A DNA stretch of 64,000 nucleotides from Phoronis australis (Eukaryota > Animalia > Phoronida), in assembly GCA_002633005.1 (NCBI GenBank), contig NMRA01000521.1, positions 200,367 to 264,366 of the forward strand, written 5' to 3'. Below, one piece after another: positions 52,112 through 64,000 of the stretch (positions are counted from its first letter, which is position 1; each line of letters begins with the position of its first letter). Position numbers and translations under genes: made by a program. A model generated the notes under the pieces. That model saw only the letters and a list, made by a program, of their open reading frames with translations, did not search any database and had not been told where the DNA came from.

Positions 52112-53754
52112 GTAGCAAAACGTCGCAGTCTAAGCCGCCTTCAGTTACAAAATCAACTTTTTATTTAGATCACTTGCTGTTCCAAACTCGGCATCAAATT
52201 TTCAAAATAGATGTGATTTCTGGACTTGAAAATTGTTGCCTGAGACAAGGTTGGGTACATTGACAGAACACCGCGTGTCAGTATAGTAGTATTTGGAAGA
52301 CCAAAAATTGCCTCTCACCTGACTAAGGAACACGCTTCGGCCAATTTTACACCGGAGGTTTAAAACAGGAGTGGGTGGTAGTACAACTAATGCCGCACCG
52401 TTTGAGCGACTTAACTTAGGGTAGTTACAGCATTGTGGGACATAACAAGATCGTCTGGCTTATGATGAGAGGACTCTGAGGCCGCTAAATTGGGCACCAG
52501 TTTTGTTCAACAGTGTTTGCATTACATGTGGTTTTGGCTATGCCCAGCTACAACACAAAGTTGGCACTCTCGTTAAAATATCAATTATTGAACCTTTAGG
52601 AATGGGACAACAAATTGGTATTACTTGTTGACATGCATTAAAATCAAGAAGTCGGAATATTCCACGCTCTTAAAATGCATTGAATTTAGAAGAAATTTAA
52701 CAGAACCAACAAAGTATTGCCTTGAAACCTAACCTGGAAGAGGATATATTGATCGTGAATCAAGGTACTTCACCATTCTGTAAAACAATGTGTTCTCGAG
52801 ATAAAAAGTGAGTTTAATTTCCCTTCAGCGTTTGTTACACGCTGATATTAGGTAAATGCTTATCTCACAATTAAATAGATTGTTTTTGCCTCTTAAGTTT
52901 CGCGAAATGTGCATGCGTACGAGACCTTGATGAAATGTTAACAATGTGTACTAAAAGTGTTCTGCGTTAAAGGTATTCTGGTGTCCAATGTTTATTCCGT
53001 GTATAATGATAGCAACGTATGTGAATCGTGGTGGTAGGAAAATTGACAGACAGTCTTTTAATGCTTGAAACAAGTGCCAACAACGTGGCCTCACCTAGGT
53101 GGTCCTTAGGTGCGCCGAGCATAATCTCAATCAATAACGAACTGTCTGATTCAGCAGCCCATAAATCACATCTTTTCCGAGTTAGGAACAACACGAGACT
53201 AGTAATATAGAGGCAAGTGTCATGAATAAAGAAGTTGATTATTTTTTGGCTGACATTTTAACACATTACAAGCTGATTAGGACTTATGCTTTACTGTCAA
53301 ACCGACATTGGTTGCCGGGTTCGGTCAAAATCATCCTACATTGTAGTTGAACGTGAACAAGAGTATAAACATGAACATGGCAGAATTAGATGCGCTGTAA
53401 TTATTTTTGTTTCAACCAATTGCGCGGGTTCATGTTTTATGAATCCTGACCTTTTGTTTTCACTTTCCACGGAGTCTTACACACTTTTGCTGCATCACAG
53501 AAAATCCTTTCCTAATTTTCTCCAAGTGCTGTCCAAACCGAAATAAAGCAAATCCTGCGTGTGTGCATCGCTGAAGAAGCACGGGTTCATTGTTGCCATT
53601 GGCTATTTATATTGTTATCTGCAACAAAGAACGGTTCTTCTGTTTCTCCACCGGCAAGGCAAGATACAAGATTGGTAAGAGTTGGTTTCACTTTTAAGCA
53701 TACCATAAATTGTACCATTTTGATAGCAGGGCTATTTGAACGGTTTAATTCCAG

Positions 53755-54384
53755 GAGGCGGCAGGAGTTAAATGTAGTCCACCCCACGAAAGCAACAGGG
53801 ATGAGAATTCGCGGGGAATTTTTGAAAACGATTTGGTGCCCTTCGAGGACAGAGAGTCGCGCATTCGGACTTCTTCGAGCTTGGCTGCTTTGCTTTCTAG
53901 GGCTAGTCGTCCAAATGGAAATATTCCGGAAGCGATTGCAGCAATCTTACGGCAAAGATACTCGCAGAATGACGCCCGCGCGAGAACACCTCAAACCACG
54001 TCCGTGAATGCTGCGCGCAATCAGTGGGCTGAAACTGCTGTGACAGATGCAGAAACGTTGGCAGTGAGAACACCAGCAGCACGTAGAACGACAACAACGA
54101 CGAAAGAAACACCAAAACCAACGACAACAGCGACGAAAACAACACCGAAACCGCCAATAACAGAGCCAACTACAACTCCGAAACCAACGACTACAGCAAA
54201 ACCTATTGTTTCTGCTACTCCATCAACCACAACTCCGCCAAACTTTCGCGTCATAGATGTTAACACCTGGGTTAATGAGGGAACGTTCACCCTGAAGCCT
54301 CGGCCAACGTTCAAAACGTTCTCTGCTGATGACGTGCAGAATGAGATGAGCAAAATGGCTGACTCAGGAGAAGTAACCGAAGAG
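53755..54384 (+). CDS. LOXL: Lysyl oxidase-like, exon 3: end of SRCR1 and Thr/Pro-rich linker
   Basis: Acceptor TTCCAG; EAAGVKC completes the SRCR. The frame is open for 210 codons, including TTTTTKETPKPTTTATKTTPKPPITEPTTTPKPTTTAKP. Donor GAG|GTAAGT, phase 0 at both ends. Confidence 0.9.
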
Positions 54385-54439
54385 GTAAGTTCTTACTGTG
54401 TAAGTGATTCCCATGTGCATGTTCAGGATACCCAGAAGT

Positions 54440-55690
54440 AAAAAGGTGATGATAATGAGAGAGTGACAGGGATACAAACGGAAGTTGCTGACCTTGTTGG
54501 TAATGCAATTGCAACATGGTGATAACGATGGTTAATTGGCTGTAGTGTAATGACGATAAGATGCTGACCTTGGTGGTAGAGATGTGGTGGTGTTTGGGAG
54601 ACGGTGCCGTGATGATTTTCATGATCTAATGGTAACAGAATGATAATGAGAGGTTGTTGTAGACTATGGTGGTATAGGCGTGACTGCGAAACAATGCTGA
54701 AAGGCGATGGCACGGTGATTGCGATGGTTTGATGGTTGTGGGGTGATAATGAGAGGTTGTTGTTGACTTTGATGATATAAGTATGATTGTCACTGGGAGA
54801 TGACGGAGATGTGTGATGATAATAGGATCACTGTTTTTATGTTGGTGGTGATTAGCTTGTGGTGATGATCAGATAGTGACTTGGAGATGGGGAGATGGTT
54901 ACGGCGTGATGGTGATAATATTTGTTGACCTCGATTGTGAATAAGAAGGTGCGATTGTGAACGTAGCCATTGGATGTCACAATGGGTCAGTGATATGGAT
55001 ATATTTTGGCCTTGTTGACAAAGGGGTGATTATGAAGAGGTGCTAGATGTCTTTTATGATCGTGGTGTGATGGGGGTGATGGTGTTGATGACCATATTGT
55101 TCATGTATCTGGAAATGATGGCGATCTCGTGATGGTGCTTGAACGGACTTGGGATCAGAGGTGGTCATGACGTAAGCCTACTCGTTCAGATTTGTATTGT
55201 AGTATACATTTTAAAATACACCATTGGACTTTATAAGGATAAACTGATATTTCATATCCACAAAGGCTTGTAAGATAGCTTTCATTCCGACCAGTGTGGC
55301 CAACAGACGTAGAGATAACTTCGTTCTAGTAGTGTATGAAGAAGTCACATGGTCAATTAACAGGTGACATCTGTCCAAATCCAAGTGTTAGTTCACCCAG
55401 CAGACGATCGCTTGCCTAACACATTCTGTATTCTGGATCACGTGGATTTGTTTCCAATACAATGTACGTCTGTGTTGTAGGATGCACAATCTTCGAGTCT
55501 TGGTATCCATAAAAAGGTCAATAGGGAATGGAAAATTGCTTCCTACTGTTTGAGGATGTTGATGGTCAAGGGTTAACGGCTGGAATGGTGGCTAGTATGA
55601 TGATAGGGTGGTGGTGGTAGTGAGGACAGGTGATGGTGGTAAGGATAGGGCGACAATGTTGACGATGGAATGTTGTATAGTGATGCCATC
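54440..55690. repeat. Degenerate GAT/GGT-rich low-complexity tracts in LOXL intron 3
   Basis: Strong G+T strand skew with recurring TGATGG/GGTGAT at ~54440-55170 and ~55550-55690. Includes a short internal duplication, TGATAATGAGAGGTTGTTGT. Confidence 0.75.
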
Positions 55691-55715
55691 ACTCACATTT
55701 ACTTATTTATTCTAG

Positions 55716-55883
55716 TACAAGTACGACGTACGCATAAAAGGAGGGCGTAATCTCAACGAAGGCCGTGTCGAAATATTTATCAACGACAAATGGCAAACGA
55801 TCTGCGGTCAACAATGGGGCTTGTTTGAAACCATGGTGGTCTGTCGACAACTAGGACTCGGACACGCTAAAAATGCAGTTAAG
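55716..55883 (+). CDS. LOXL: Lysyl oxidase-like, exon 4: N-half of SRCR2
   Basis: Acceptor TTCTAG, then YKYDVRIKGGRNLNEGRVEIFINDKWQTICGQQWGLFETMVVCRQLGLGHAKNAVK, donor GTACAG. 168 nt; not in the ORF track. Confidence 0.93.
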
Positions 55884-56499
55884 GTACAGCATGCATCCAT
55901 TTTACAAAACGCCAATAAGCGACTGACTTCAAAGTGCTCGTTCCACTCTTCCGGCCTAAGTCCATAATGCAGTAAATTTTATTTACGTGGCGTGTAACCG
56001 TAGTTGTATACAAATGGTGCAACTTTATTTGGCAACTGGATTAATTTGAAAACACTACAAATACATAAAAATGTACGGATTGGTTAAGATGTTTAATGTC
56101 AATGAACTCTACTGGAAAGTGGTCAACAACTTACATTGCATATACGTTGTAACAACCAAGGGTCATATTTTTCTCATTGCCTTAGCAATAAATGTCAGTT
56201 CTCAACCCATAACGCCATTTCTACTAAAACTCGTATGTATGGAGCTCGGTTATGGACGCTGCTGAAACGGAAATTCTTTCCCTATTGCTGTAAAAGGGTT
56301 CTTGGGCTTAGCTATTGAACTTTACACAATTAAATGAGAATGCCACCCGATTAAATTAGTCTTTTTACCGTCTTAATCGGTCTATTTCCACATCGCCTCT
56401 TATACGGTCGTCCTCACCTTGCCGAGAGGTGTCGCGTTAACCTATGGGTAAGGCGAGAAACCACTCAGCGACGTCAGTGGTTCATCTGCAGAGTGAATA

Positions 56500-56715
56500 C
56501 AGCTATATTGCGGGGTAATCGTTCCCGCTTGTCCGAACAATGAAGCTGAGAAGAAAGCGGGTATATCGTTTTTCGACTTCCTCGAGACCCCGAAATATTT
56601 AGGAAGTGGCTCGCGGTAGTGAAGAATGAAAAGTACGCTCTTAATTGCAAATATGAGGCCGTAGAACATCTCCGTGTCTGTGGCCGGCATTTCGTCGACA
56701 GTGATTTCTCTGACG
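56500..56715 (+). pseudogene. THAP (C2CH) zinc-finger remnant of a transposase
   Basis: Reads YCGVIVPACPNNEAEKKAGISFF, a frameshift in the T-run at ~56570, then RLPRDPEIFRKWLAVVKNEKYALNCKYEAVEHLRVCGRHFVDSDF. The C..C, P, W and CxxHF THAP signature residues are present. Confidence 0.8.
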
Positions 56716-57974
56716 TGAATTCCGGCTTACCAAAGAACTCTCCACACGTTCCGTTGCTTGTGCATGTTCACGGTGCCATTCTAGTATTTCTTGATCAGTG
56801 TATTCCGGTTCGAACTGATAGCCTGTGAAACCTTACGAGCCGCCCCGTGAAGTCTTCGTCGAATGAGCTCTCAGTCGACTAAGTCGGGATTAGCGCCGGG
56901 CGAGTTGCCATGTACACGTTTATTATTCTGCGTTCTGTTTCAAAATGACTTATTCTCACCCTAACCAATGCTTATATAAGATTGAAACAAAATCTGTCTC
57001 ATTAGATGCAACTTGTAATGCCTTTGGAGTATTCATGATTGCAAATGTTTTGAAAAGCCAGCAGTGAATAAACCACTGCGTTAGCGGCTTTTTAGGTGCA
57101 ATAAAGGTAATGACCGGGCATTGAGGCCGACCGTGTGAGCTCATGCTAATTCAGTGTTTGCTGACAGAAAGTTGTCGTGAAACAATAACTCGATTTTGTA
57201 TGCTATGGTCACAAGTTATGGGAGTCTTTACTAAGATATACAAATATGTTATTCTAATCATCGTTACTGTACAACCTTTGCCCTGACGGTTCTGTGGTAG
57301 GGGAATCTCCCTTCTCGGCCCCCGACAAGTAAGTAGACTTTCAGCTTCGTGGCTAATTCACGTAAGTAATTACGTGCACATTATTTCTTTAGCTCACTAT
57401 TACAGTCTTTTCGTGACTGGAGGTTTAGTTTCCAACTGAAGCTGGTTTATGTTCGTGATGTCCAGTCCCGGCGGCCGCGACGGGCCTGATCGGGTTCCGA
57501 GCCACTTGCAGGGAGAAACAAGCGTTTTGTGTGTTGAGAGCTGAAAAAATCGCAAGTCTAAAAGTACAACACATAGCTATGTTCCCCCGGCTGTATTTCA
57601 CGGATAAATGATTCGAATTCATCACCAAACAGACCGAAACTCCTATGATCGACCATGTAACTTGGCCTACCGAACTCTGTAGGCTACGGTACGTTCAAAT
57701 ACCTATAAATCTGTAACAGTGAAATAAAACAACAGGTTTGTTCAGGAACTCGATGTATTTGTAAGGGGTTTACATTGAATTTTGATGATTTATTCGTGTA
57801 AAACGATGAATTCAAGCGATAAGTTGACACTAGTAAGCGTGTTGTGAACTGCTGAACAGACTGCCAGTAAAACCAATGACGTCATTGGTTAATTCCAACA
57901 CCTACGTCTGCCGTTGAGGTGTCAGCAAAACCACTGAACTTGCTGTTATCGAGTGGAACTACTCGATCCAAATT

Positions 57975-58210
57975 CATGCGCGCACCCACCCTTCAATATC
58001 GGTTGCTCGAATTCCTGCCGTTGTGGACCTTTTGCTGACAAAAGAGCGGACGGACTAAAAGAAACCGGGAGCACCACTGTGAAGTGCGCGTTTGCGATTA
58101 TTTAGTACCATTTTCTTGCACTTTTTGTCTCTCAGGGGCGGACCTTCTTGCCCACTTCGTCAAATGAGGGGCTCGAACGAGCCCCCTGAGCCCCCCTGGA
58201 TGCGCGCATG
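57975..58210 (-). mobile_element. 236-bp MITE (family A), second copy
   Basis: Ends CATGCGCGCACCCA...TGGATGCGCGCATG with a perfect 5-bp TSD AAATT (57970-57974, 58211-58215). Shares the GGGGCTCGAACGAGCCCC palindrome and internal sequence with 33835-34087. Confidence 0.85.
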
Positions 58211-58495
58211 AAATTGATGCAAAATAGGTTGTTTTTTTGGGTGGCATTCTCCTTTAAGTATAGAACAGTGCGCACGTCAGCATGAAAGGAATTGAAAGTA
58301 CGCGATTTCAGTGGCTGATAATTGTTTTTAAAGAGACCATATTTGATGTACGTTGACCCTTGGTCTTGGATAACGAGTCTGAGAAGTCACATTGAACTTC
58401 AAAAATGAGATGTTACGATTTACGAGAAAATAACGGACCCTTTGTGTCTAGTTGCACGACGTGGAATGTTAACAGCTTAATGACGTCATTTCCAG

Positions 58496-58652
58496 ATCAG
58501 CCATTTTGGTGGGGTGGGAATTGAGAAGGCTTTCGCTGCAATTCAGTGTGCTGGTCATGAAAAATCTCTTGATGAATGCATTCAACTGAGGACAGTCAAC
58601 GGCGCCATATGCAACCGACAGACATCTGTAGCCGGAGTTCTGTGTTCCCAGA
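58496..58652 (+). CDS. LOXL: Lysyl oxidase-like, exon 5: C-half of SRCR2
   Basis: Acceptor TTCCAG, then ISHFGGVGIEKAFAAIQCAGHEKSLDECIQLRTVNGAICNRQTSVAGVLCSQ plus 1 nt, donor GTAAGA. Confidence 0.92.
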
Positions 58653-60325
58653 GTAAGATTATGCCTTGTGTTTTTCAAAAAGTGGTAATGATATTGAACT
58701 AATTCAAAGAAGGCCTAATCAGATTAGGCAACCGTCTTCCCTCATGGCACACACAGGTGTTTTATTAACAGCTTCCTTTTTGTTATTAACCCAAGAATTT
58801 TCTTATGAGTTGTTATTCTTTTCTCATATATCGAAATTCGTGTTTTTTCAATTCTTAAAAACCACATTGGACTGATTGTGACAACAGATCTTTGTCCATA
58901 AACGAATTCCTTCACAGACACAAAGATAATTTTTTTGTTTGTCGTCTTCCTGAAATAAAACACATTCTACAAAACACACGCAGTTTTTAGATATACCTAC
59001 ATGTTCGAGATCATAGTATTGGAAAAGATTAATGTAAAAGGTTTGTTTTATTCATCATTCCTCAAGTTCTAACGTTTGACGTAAAATTCATTTCGCCATT
59101 GTGGTTACGCTGATTGTGTAAAGTCCTGATAAAACACAATAGAGGATGTGGCTTTAAGTGTACTAGGGAGAAATCCGCGACGTGTCTAGCTCCAAACTCT
59201 ACACTATAACACAACACACTAGCGTCCGACAGCAGCTCGTGCCCTTATCATTGAGAAGCACTGTAACTTTTCTCAAGACTTGATTCGAAAATTAACGAAT
59301 CGTGTCGAATTTCATTGGAAAGTTTACTCGAAGCATGCAAAAACGAATAGTTGATTTTCGAGTCGAGGCTCGCGGTTTGTTGGCCACCGGCCAGCTGTTA
59401 GTTATCCTCATGGCGGCATCAACTTCACTACTCTTCAAAAAAACTTTACAGGCTTTGACAGAATTCTATCTGACTCTGACAAATTTGGAGAAACTTCGTG
59501 TCAGAATTTTGTTCCTCAATTTTGTCAAACATTTATCGCAATATCATCGCACTTTTGTTCGACTTTACACGGAGTTTAACGTGGCGTTACTGTGCCTAGT
59601 CGCGAATTGCTTGCTTTTGAATACACTTAATAACAAGTTACTGGGATTTCGGCAAAGTGCATGGAACCACACCTGATGAGATTGTGTCGAAAAGTTGGCG
59701 GAAATGTGCCGAAAACATGTGCTAGTCGAAAAGTAAGTAATAGACTTACGCATCGACACTTTGTCGAATTTCGACACTTTCCAGTTTATTTTGAACACTA
59801 CTGTACAGAAGTATTCGTGATCGTCTGCCAATATAGTGGCAGCAAATCTGCCTTTAAAATGATAATTTCATGGGTAGTCGTGTTTCTGTACTGCCATACT
59901 GCTACCGTATGAATATATTAAAGCAATTTTAAAGTTGCTTTTTTCTATCAAAAAGAGGTTATGATTTTAGATATCTAATGTTGTAAAGCTGTTTTGAAAT
60001 TGTTTCTTGGTGGCGTCATTCTGCGAGTATCTTTCGTGGTGTTTCCAGGGTTTCGAAAAAGTAGGTTGTTGTTTCTTCAGATCAAGCTCACAAAATTTCG
60101 GTCCACGTTGTGACCTGAAATTTCATGAACTTGGTTTTTCACGAACCCTGAGATTGCATGTCAACTGATTAAGGAACATGGTATGACTGGTTTCATTATG
60201 GTAAGTAGACAGAAAGCACGCCCAATTTAATGTCGCATTGATGGTTTAATCAAGAATAGTATATTTTGCTGAACATAAATTATTACATAGTAAATTAACC
60301 AATAAGGACGCAATATGACTTTCAG

Positions 60326-60466
60326 GATTACCCGATCTTCTTCCCAACATAACATTGTTGATGGACACGGTGAGACTGGAGGATCGTTCCCTGTTCCATT
60401 TACAATGTGCCATGGAAGAGAACTGTGTATCGTCTACAGCTTATGAAATACGAGCGAGGTACCCTG
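60326..60466 (+). CDS. LOXL: Lysyl oxidase-like, exon 6: start of LOX catalytic domain
   Basis: Reads (R)LPDLLPNITLLMDTVRLEDRSLFHLQCAMEENCVSSTAYEIRARYP. LPDL and CAMEENC are LOX motifs. AG/GTAAGT borders, phase 1 at both ends. Confidence 0.96.
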
Positions 60467-61832
60467 GTAAGTTTCACCATGACCACGAGAGCACAGTCAA
60501 ATTTGATCAACTGTTACTTTATCGTCCAACTACTATCGTTTTTAGCAAAACGGTTTGGGCAAAGTGGTGTTTTTAAAAATAGCTAAGTTTATATTTAAGT
60601 GTTTAATTGCTGTTCTTAGCACTAATCCAGTCTTGTTTGTTGAGCATTAGCAGGGAAGTTTTATGGTCGTTACTTAACCACACCTATACAATGTACACTT
60701 GGTCTTTCTTTATCTATTTTTGAACTCTGTGATCTGCCTTGACATTGTAACTGAGACATATTTTCACTCATCAGTTGCATCTTTCTTCACGGTAACAACA
60801 TAACAATCAATGCAAACGACACGATGAAATTGCGAGGAAAATGTCGATTCGAAGAAAGATTAAAACATTCGTGTAAACGCAACTATTTTACTGTACGAGA
60901 TACATGCACATGTATGTTTCGGTTGTGATACAAGAGAACTGTTATCATGTAAGTATGTGAAAACCTCAGACTAGGCGCGAATCGAAAGGGGTCCGAATGT
61001 TTGCGTCACTGCACTAGGGCAGCCTGTGTCTATCGCGTCTTTCTTGTTGAAAGGCCCCCTAAAGATCCTGGATCCATTCGTGCACATTAGTGTTCCACTC
61101 AGTGCTGTATTGGCAAAATTAGAGATAAGCAGGCGACCAAAGCCCACTGTATCACTTTGGGCACTGTACGGTAACTTACGGTGCGTAGGCGCTACGTCCA
61201 AATGCCAAAAGGTGGTTGGCTGCGTGTACGTGCGCCTACGCCCCACTACAGCACTGGTTCCACTGCTACTGTAAATCTTTTATGACGGAGTTTCGTCGTT
61301 CAGAAACTTTTCCAGACGTGAGGGTTCTGAACGTGCGATAACATCTGGCTCCTTTGTTAACTTCCCAGCACAGTCGTTTATCCCGTATGATAACAAGCAG
61401 GCCAATTATCTCCCAGGCTTCAAAGGGTTACAGAATGGTTTGTCTTAATTTCTGTTGTAGTTGGGCGATTTTGGTGATTCCAAAACTAAAGATGATCAGC
61501 GTTTGACAAGGAATTCAGAAATGCTATTAGTTTATGTTCAAATATGTTATAACTTAACTTTCATTTTAGCAGCACAGCCCAGTCACGTTAGATACGATCT
61601 GATCGGATATTAGAGCAATTACCGAACAAAACAGAGCCGGCCCTCCAACTATAAATACCAGAATGGAGTTAATTAGTCGTGTAAGATATTCATTTGGCTA
61701 CAGGGGTGATCTTCCCAACTTGTTGTTGGGCTATAGAATCGAACAAGTTGGGAGCAACGGGAAAACACCGTAATGACACGTGTAACATAATCTTACATAC
61801 ATTAATGATTCATTTAAATTCATTTTTCTCAG

Positions 61833-61953
61833 GTGCTTACCACAGTCAAACTAGGAGGCTCCTCCGGTTCTCAAGTAGTGTCGCTAATGTTGGTACTTCA
61901 GATTTTCATCCTCACATTCCCAAGGAAAGTTGGGAATGGCATCTTTGTCACAT
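61833..61953 (+). CDS. LOXL: Lysyl oxidase-like, exon 7
   Basis: Reads (G)[39 protein letters not shown](M), with RRLLRF and the first half of the copper-binding motif. Donor GTAAGC. Confidence 0.96.
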
Positions 61954-62822
61954 GTAAGCTATTTGGCATCTTATACGTAGCGTGTTTGGTCACTTGCTAA
62001 ACACGTGCATGAACGTGTACCATGCATATTCTCAATGTGTTTGGATTAGTACATGTATATAGTCTAGACACCTTACTGTGCGTTTGATCAATTACGACAA
62101 AACGCGCTTCAACGTTCTCTTTACTTCTGGCAAAATAACAATTCGCCAAGAATATTTTTCTGTTGTGAAACGAATTTGTTTGTCATTTGTTCGTACGACT
62201 AAGGCTACATTTAGTGTCGGACCCACCTGGAATTTACGTTCAATATCTAAATAAAAATAGCTCGAGGTTATTAATTTTTGTCGTGGCCAGATTCAAAGTG
62301 ACGGAAGTGCATGGCGGCCATTTTGTTTTCAAAATAACATTCGAAACCTTCTTAAACTCGAATTTTTCATTATATTCCGTTCAAAATAACCAGGTAAGTA
62401 ATGCAATACACATCAAAAAAGTGGTTTAAAAATTTCTAAAACATACTCTACCAGCAATGAAGAGTACTCTAATTCCCCACTTCTTTTGCACAAAAACAAT
62501 TGCCAAAATTGCAATTTGTTTTCATTTTTCAAAGGCTGATTATTATGCTGCAATGGAAATCTTTTCCAGATGTTGTAGTGTGACATCTGGGCAGTATAAA
62601 CCACACTACAGTGGTAATAAACTAAAATTTTCTTGATTTTTATTTTTGTAACAAAATAGAATGTCACTTGTTAATGTCGAAGTTCTTGTTGGCACCGGAA
62701 ATACAATCTTATGAAGGTAAGGAATACACTGAGATCGATTTCATGAGAATCAAAGACCCAATTTGATTTTTGCTATTAAGCCAGCTTAACAGTGCGAAAT
62801 GTAGATTTAATATATTCTTCAG

Positions 62823-62980
62823 GCACTATCACAGCATGGACGTATTCGCGCACTACGATATCATCGACTCCAACGGGTATAGAGTGGCTGAAGGACACAA
62901 GGCGAGCTTCTGTCTCGAAGACACGGATTGCCAGCCCGGCGTTAAGCCGCATTATCAATGCGTTAACTTCGGAGATCAAG
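62823..62980 (+). CDS. LOXL: Lysyl oxidase-like, exon 8: copper-binding His and LTQ lysine (gene continues beyond window)
   Basis: Reads [52 protein letters not shown]. Splicing completes [12 protein letters not shown], and [10 protein letters not shown] holds the LTQ lysine. Donor GTATGG. The LTQ tyrosine exon is not seen in the window. Confidence 0.97.
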
Positions 62981-64000
62981 GTATGGTCACTTTTCAACTT
63001 ATTGATAGTTTCCATTAATTTGCCGAAGTCACGGGCACTTTTATCTATTCAATAATGTGATAGGGCTGGAGAAAGTTGTTTATCGAAGGATTCACCAGGA
63101 CCGGGTTGTTTAATCAGGGGCAGTTGCACTTCACTTCAGGTTAATAACTGAGCATCGTACGCCTGGGGGACGGCGAGGAGACGGTTCACTTACGTACACG
63201 TGCACTCGCGAAATCTTCTCGTCGTCCGGCCGCTGCCGGTCGTCGCTGATCAATCAAAAATCTTGACCTCTAGGGTACATGTACATGTACGATGCAAGTA
63301 TTAGGTCAAAATCGATTTCTTTTTTTTTTTTTTTATGTATTTATTATCCTTTACAGACAATTACAAAAACAAACAAACAAATAAGTACACCATTCATTCA
63401 CGCATGCACACCTCAGGAAGACCATTCTCATATCTCGTTTAAAGTAAATATCTTCTACATGAACTTAACATGAAAAATAAATTTTTCCCATTTTGCAGAG
63501 AAGCTGTCATGTACAAAGTTGTTATGTGCATTTAATTTTTCAGCATTATAGTATTCATAAGTTTTTGTAACGAACTTGAGAAAATTAGGTATATTTTTGT
63601 GACATCTCTCTTTGTAAATGTACTGTTTAGCTAGTAGAAGTAAAATGTTAAATAGGAAATCTTGCGTCTTGTAAAGTCCAAGAATAACAATATCGTAAGA
63701 CAGAAAGTTGGGAAGCTGAATGCCACACTTTTGAAGTAGCTTTTCGAATTCCTTCCAGAAATCTTGTACAAAGCTACATTCCCAAAAAAGGTGTGACAGC
63801 GTCTCTGGAGCTTTATTACAAAAGGAACATAGATCAGAATCCCTAACACATATTTTGACTAAAAAGGTATTTGTTGCAATAATTCTATGTAGTATTCTAA
63901 ATTGGAACCATCTAATATGGGGATCCTTTGTAATTTTGTAAGGTAAAGCATATATTTTCTTCCAATCTAAACTATCTCCTAGCTCTATTTCCCATTTAGA

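Larger units (their letters stand above)
56334..58253 (+). mobile_element. Kolobok-like DNA transposon remnant in LOXL intron 4
   Basis: TTAA on both sides (56330-56333, 58254-58257). 15-bp TIR ATGAGAATGCCACCC versus AGGAGAATGCCACCC (14/15 match). A THAP remnant lies near the left end. TTAA TSD with short TIRs and THAP fits Kolobok. Confidence 0.78.

Noticed and set aside
54021-54353. Val/Gly-rich hydrophobic 110-aa minus-strand ORF as a membrane protein
   Set aside because: It is the antisense shadow of the Thr/Pro-rich LOXL exon 3.
54311-54713. His/Ile-rich minus-strand ORFs
   Set aside because: They arise from the GAT/GGT low-complexity intron tract.

Overview
This is intron-rich, AT-rich animal genomic DNA, probably a marine invertebrate; the taxon cannot be assigned from sequence alone. 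Two spliced genes sit head-to-head about 16 kb apart. On the minus strand is a Max-dimerization protein gene (Mad/Mxd/Mxi1 family): five coding exons were reconstructed between 27976 and 8672 (SID and bHLH-zipper), but the last exon was not identified. On the plus strand is a lysyl-oxidase-like gene: eight coding exons between 44204 and 62980 encode a signal peptide, SRCR1, a ~200-aa Thr/Pro-rich linker, SRCR2 and the LOX domain, which continues past the window. Between the genes is a 4.6-kb Academ-type DNA transposon with TAG...CTA ends, a 3-bp TGT target duplication, ~1.2-kb tandem-array TIRs and a decayed XPG-like coding remnant. Other mobile DNA includes a TTAA-flanked Kolobok-like element with a THAP remnant and several MITEs with 5- or 6-bp TSDs. 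By eye, the Mxd gene body is strongly CpG-depleted except for a promoter-like island at ~7.4-8.9 kb, while the rest of the window keeps CpG. I found no convincing wholly new biological system. The best leads are the internal island in Mxd, the array-built Academ TIRs, the 5-bp-TSD MITEs and an excess of TACATGTA.
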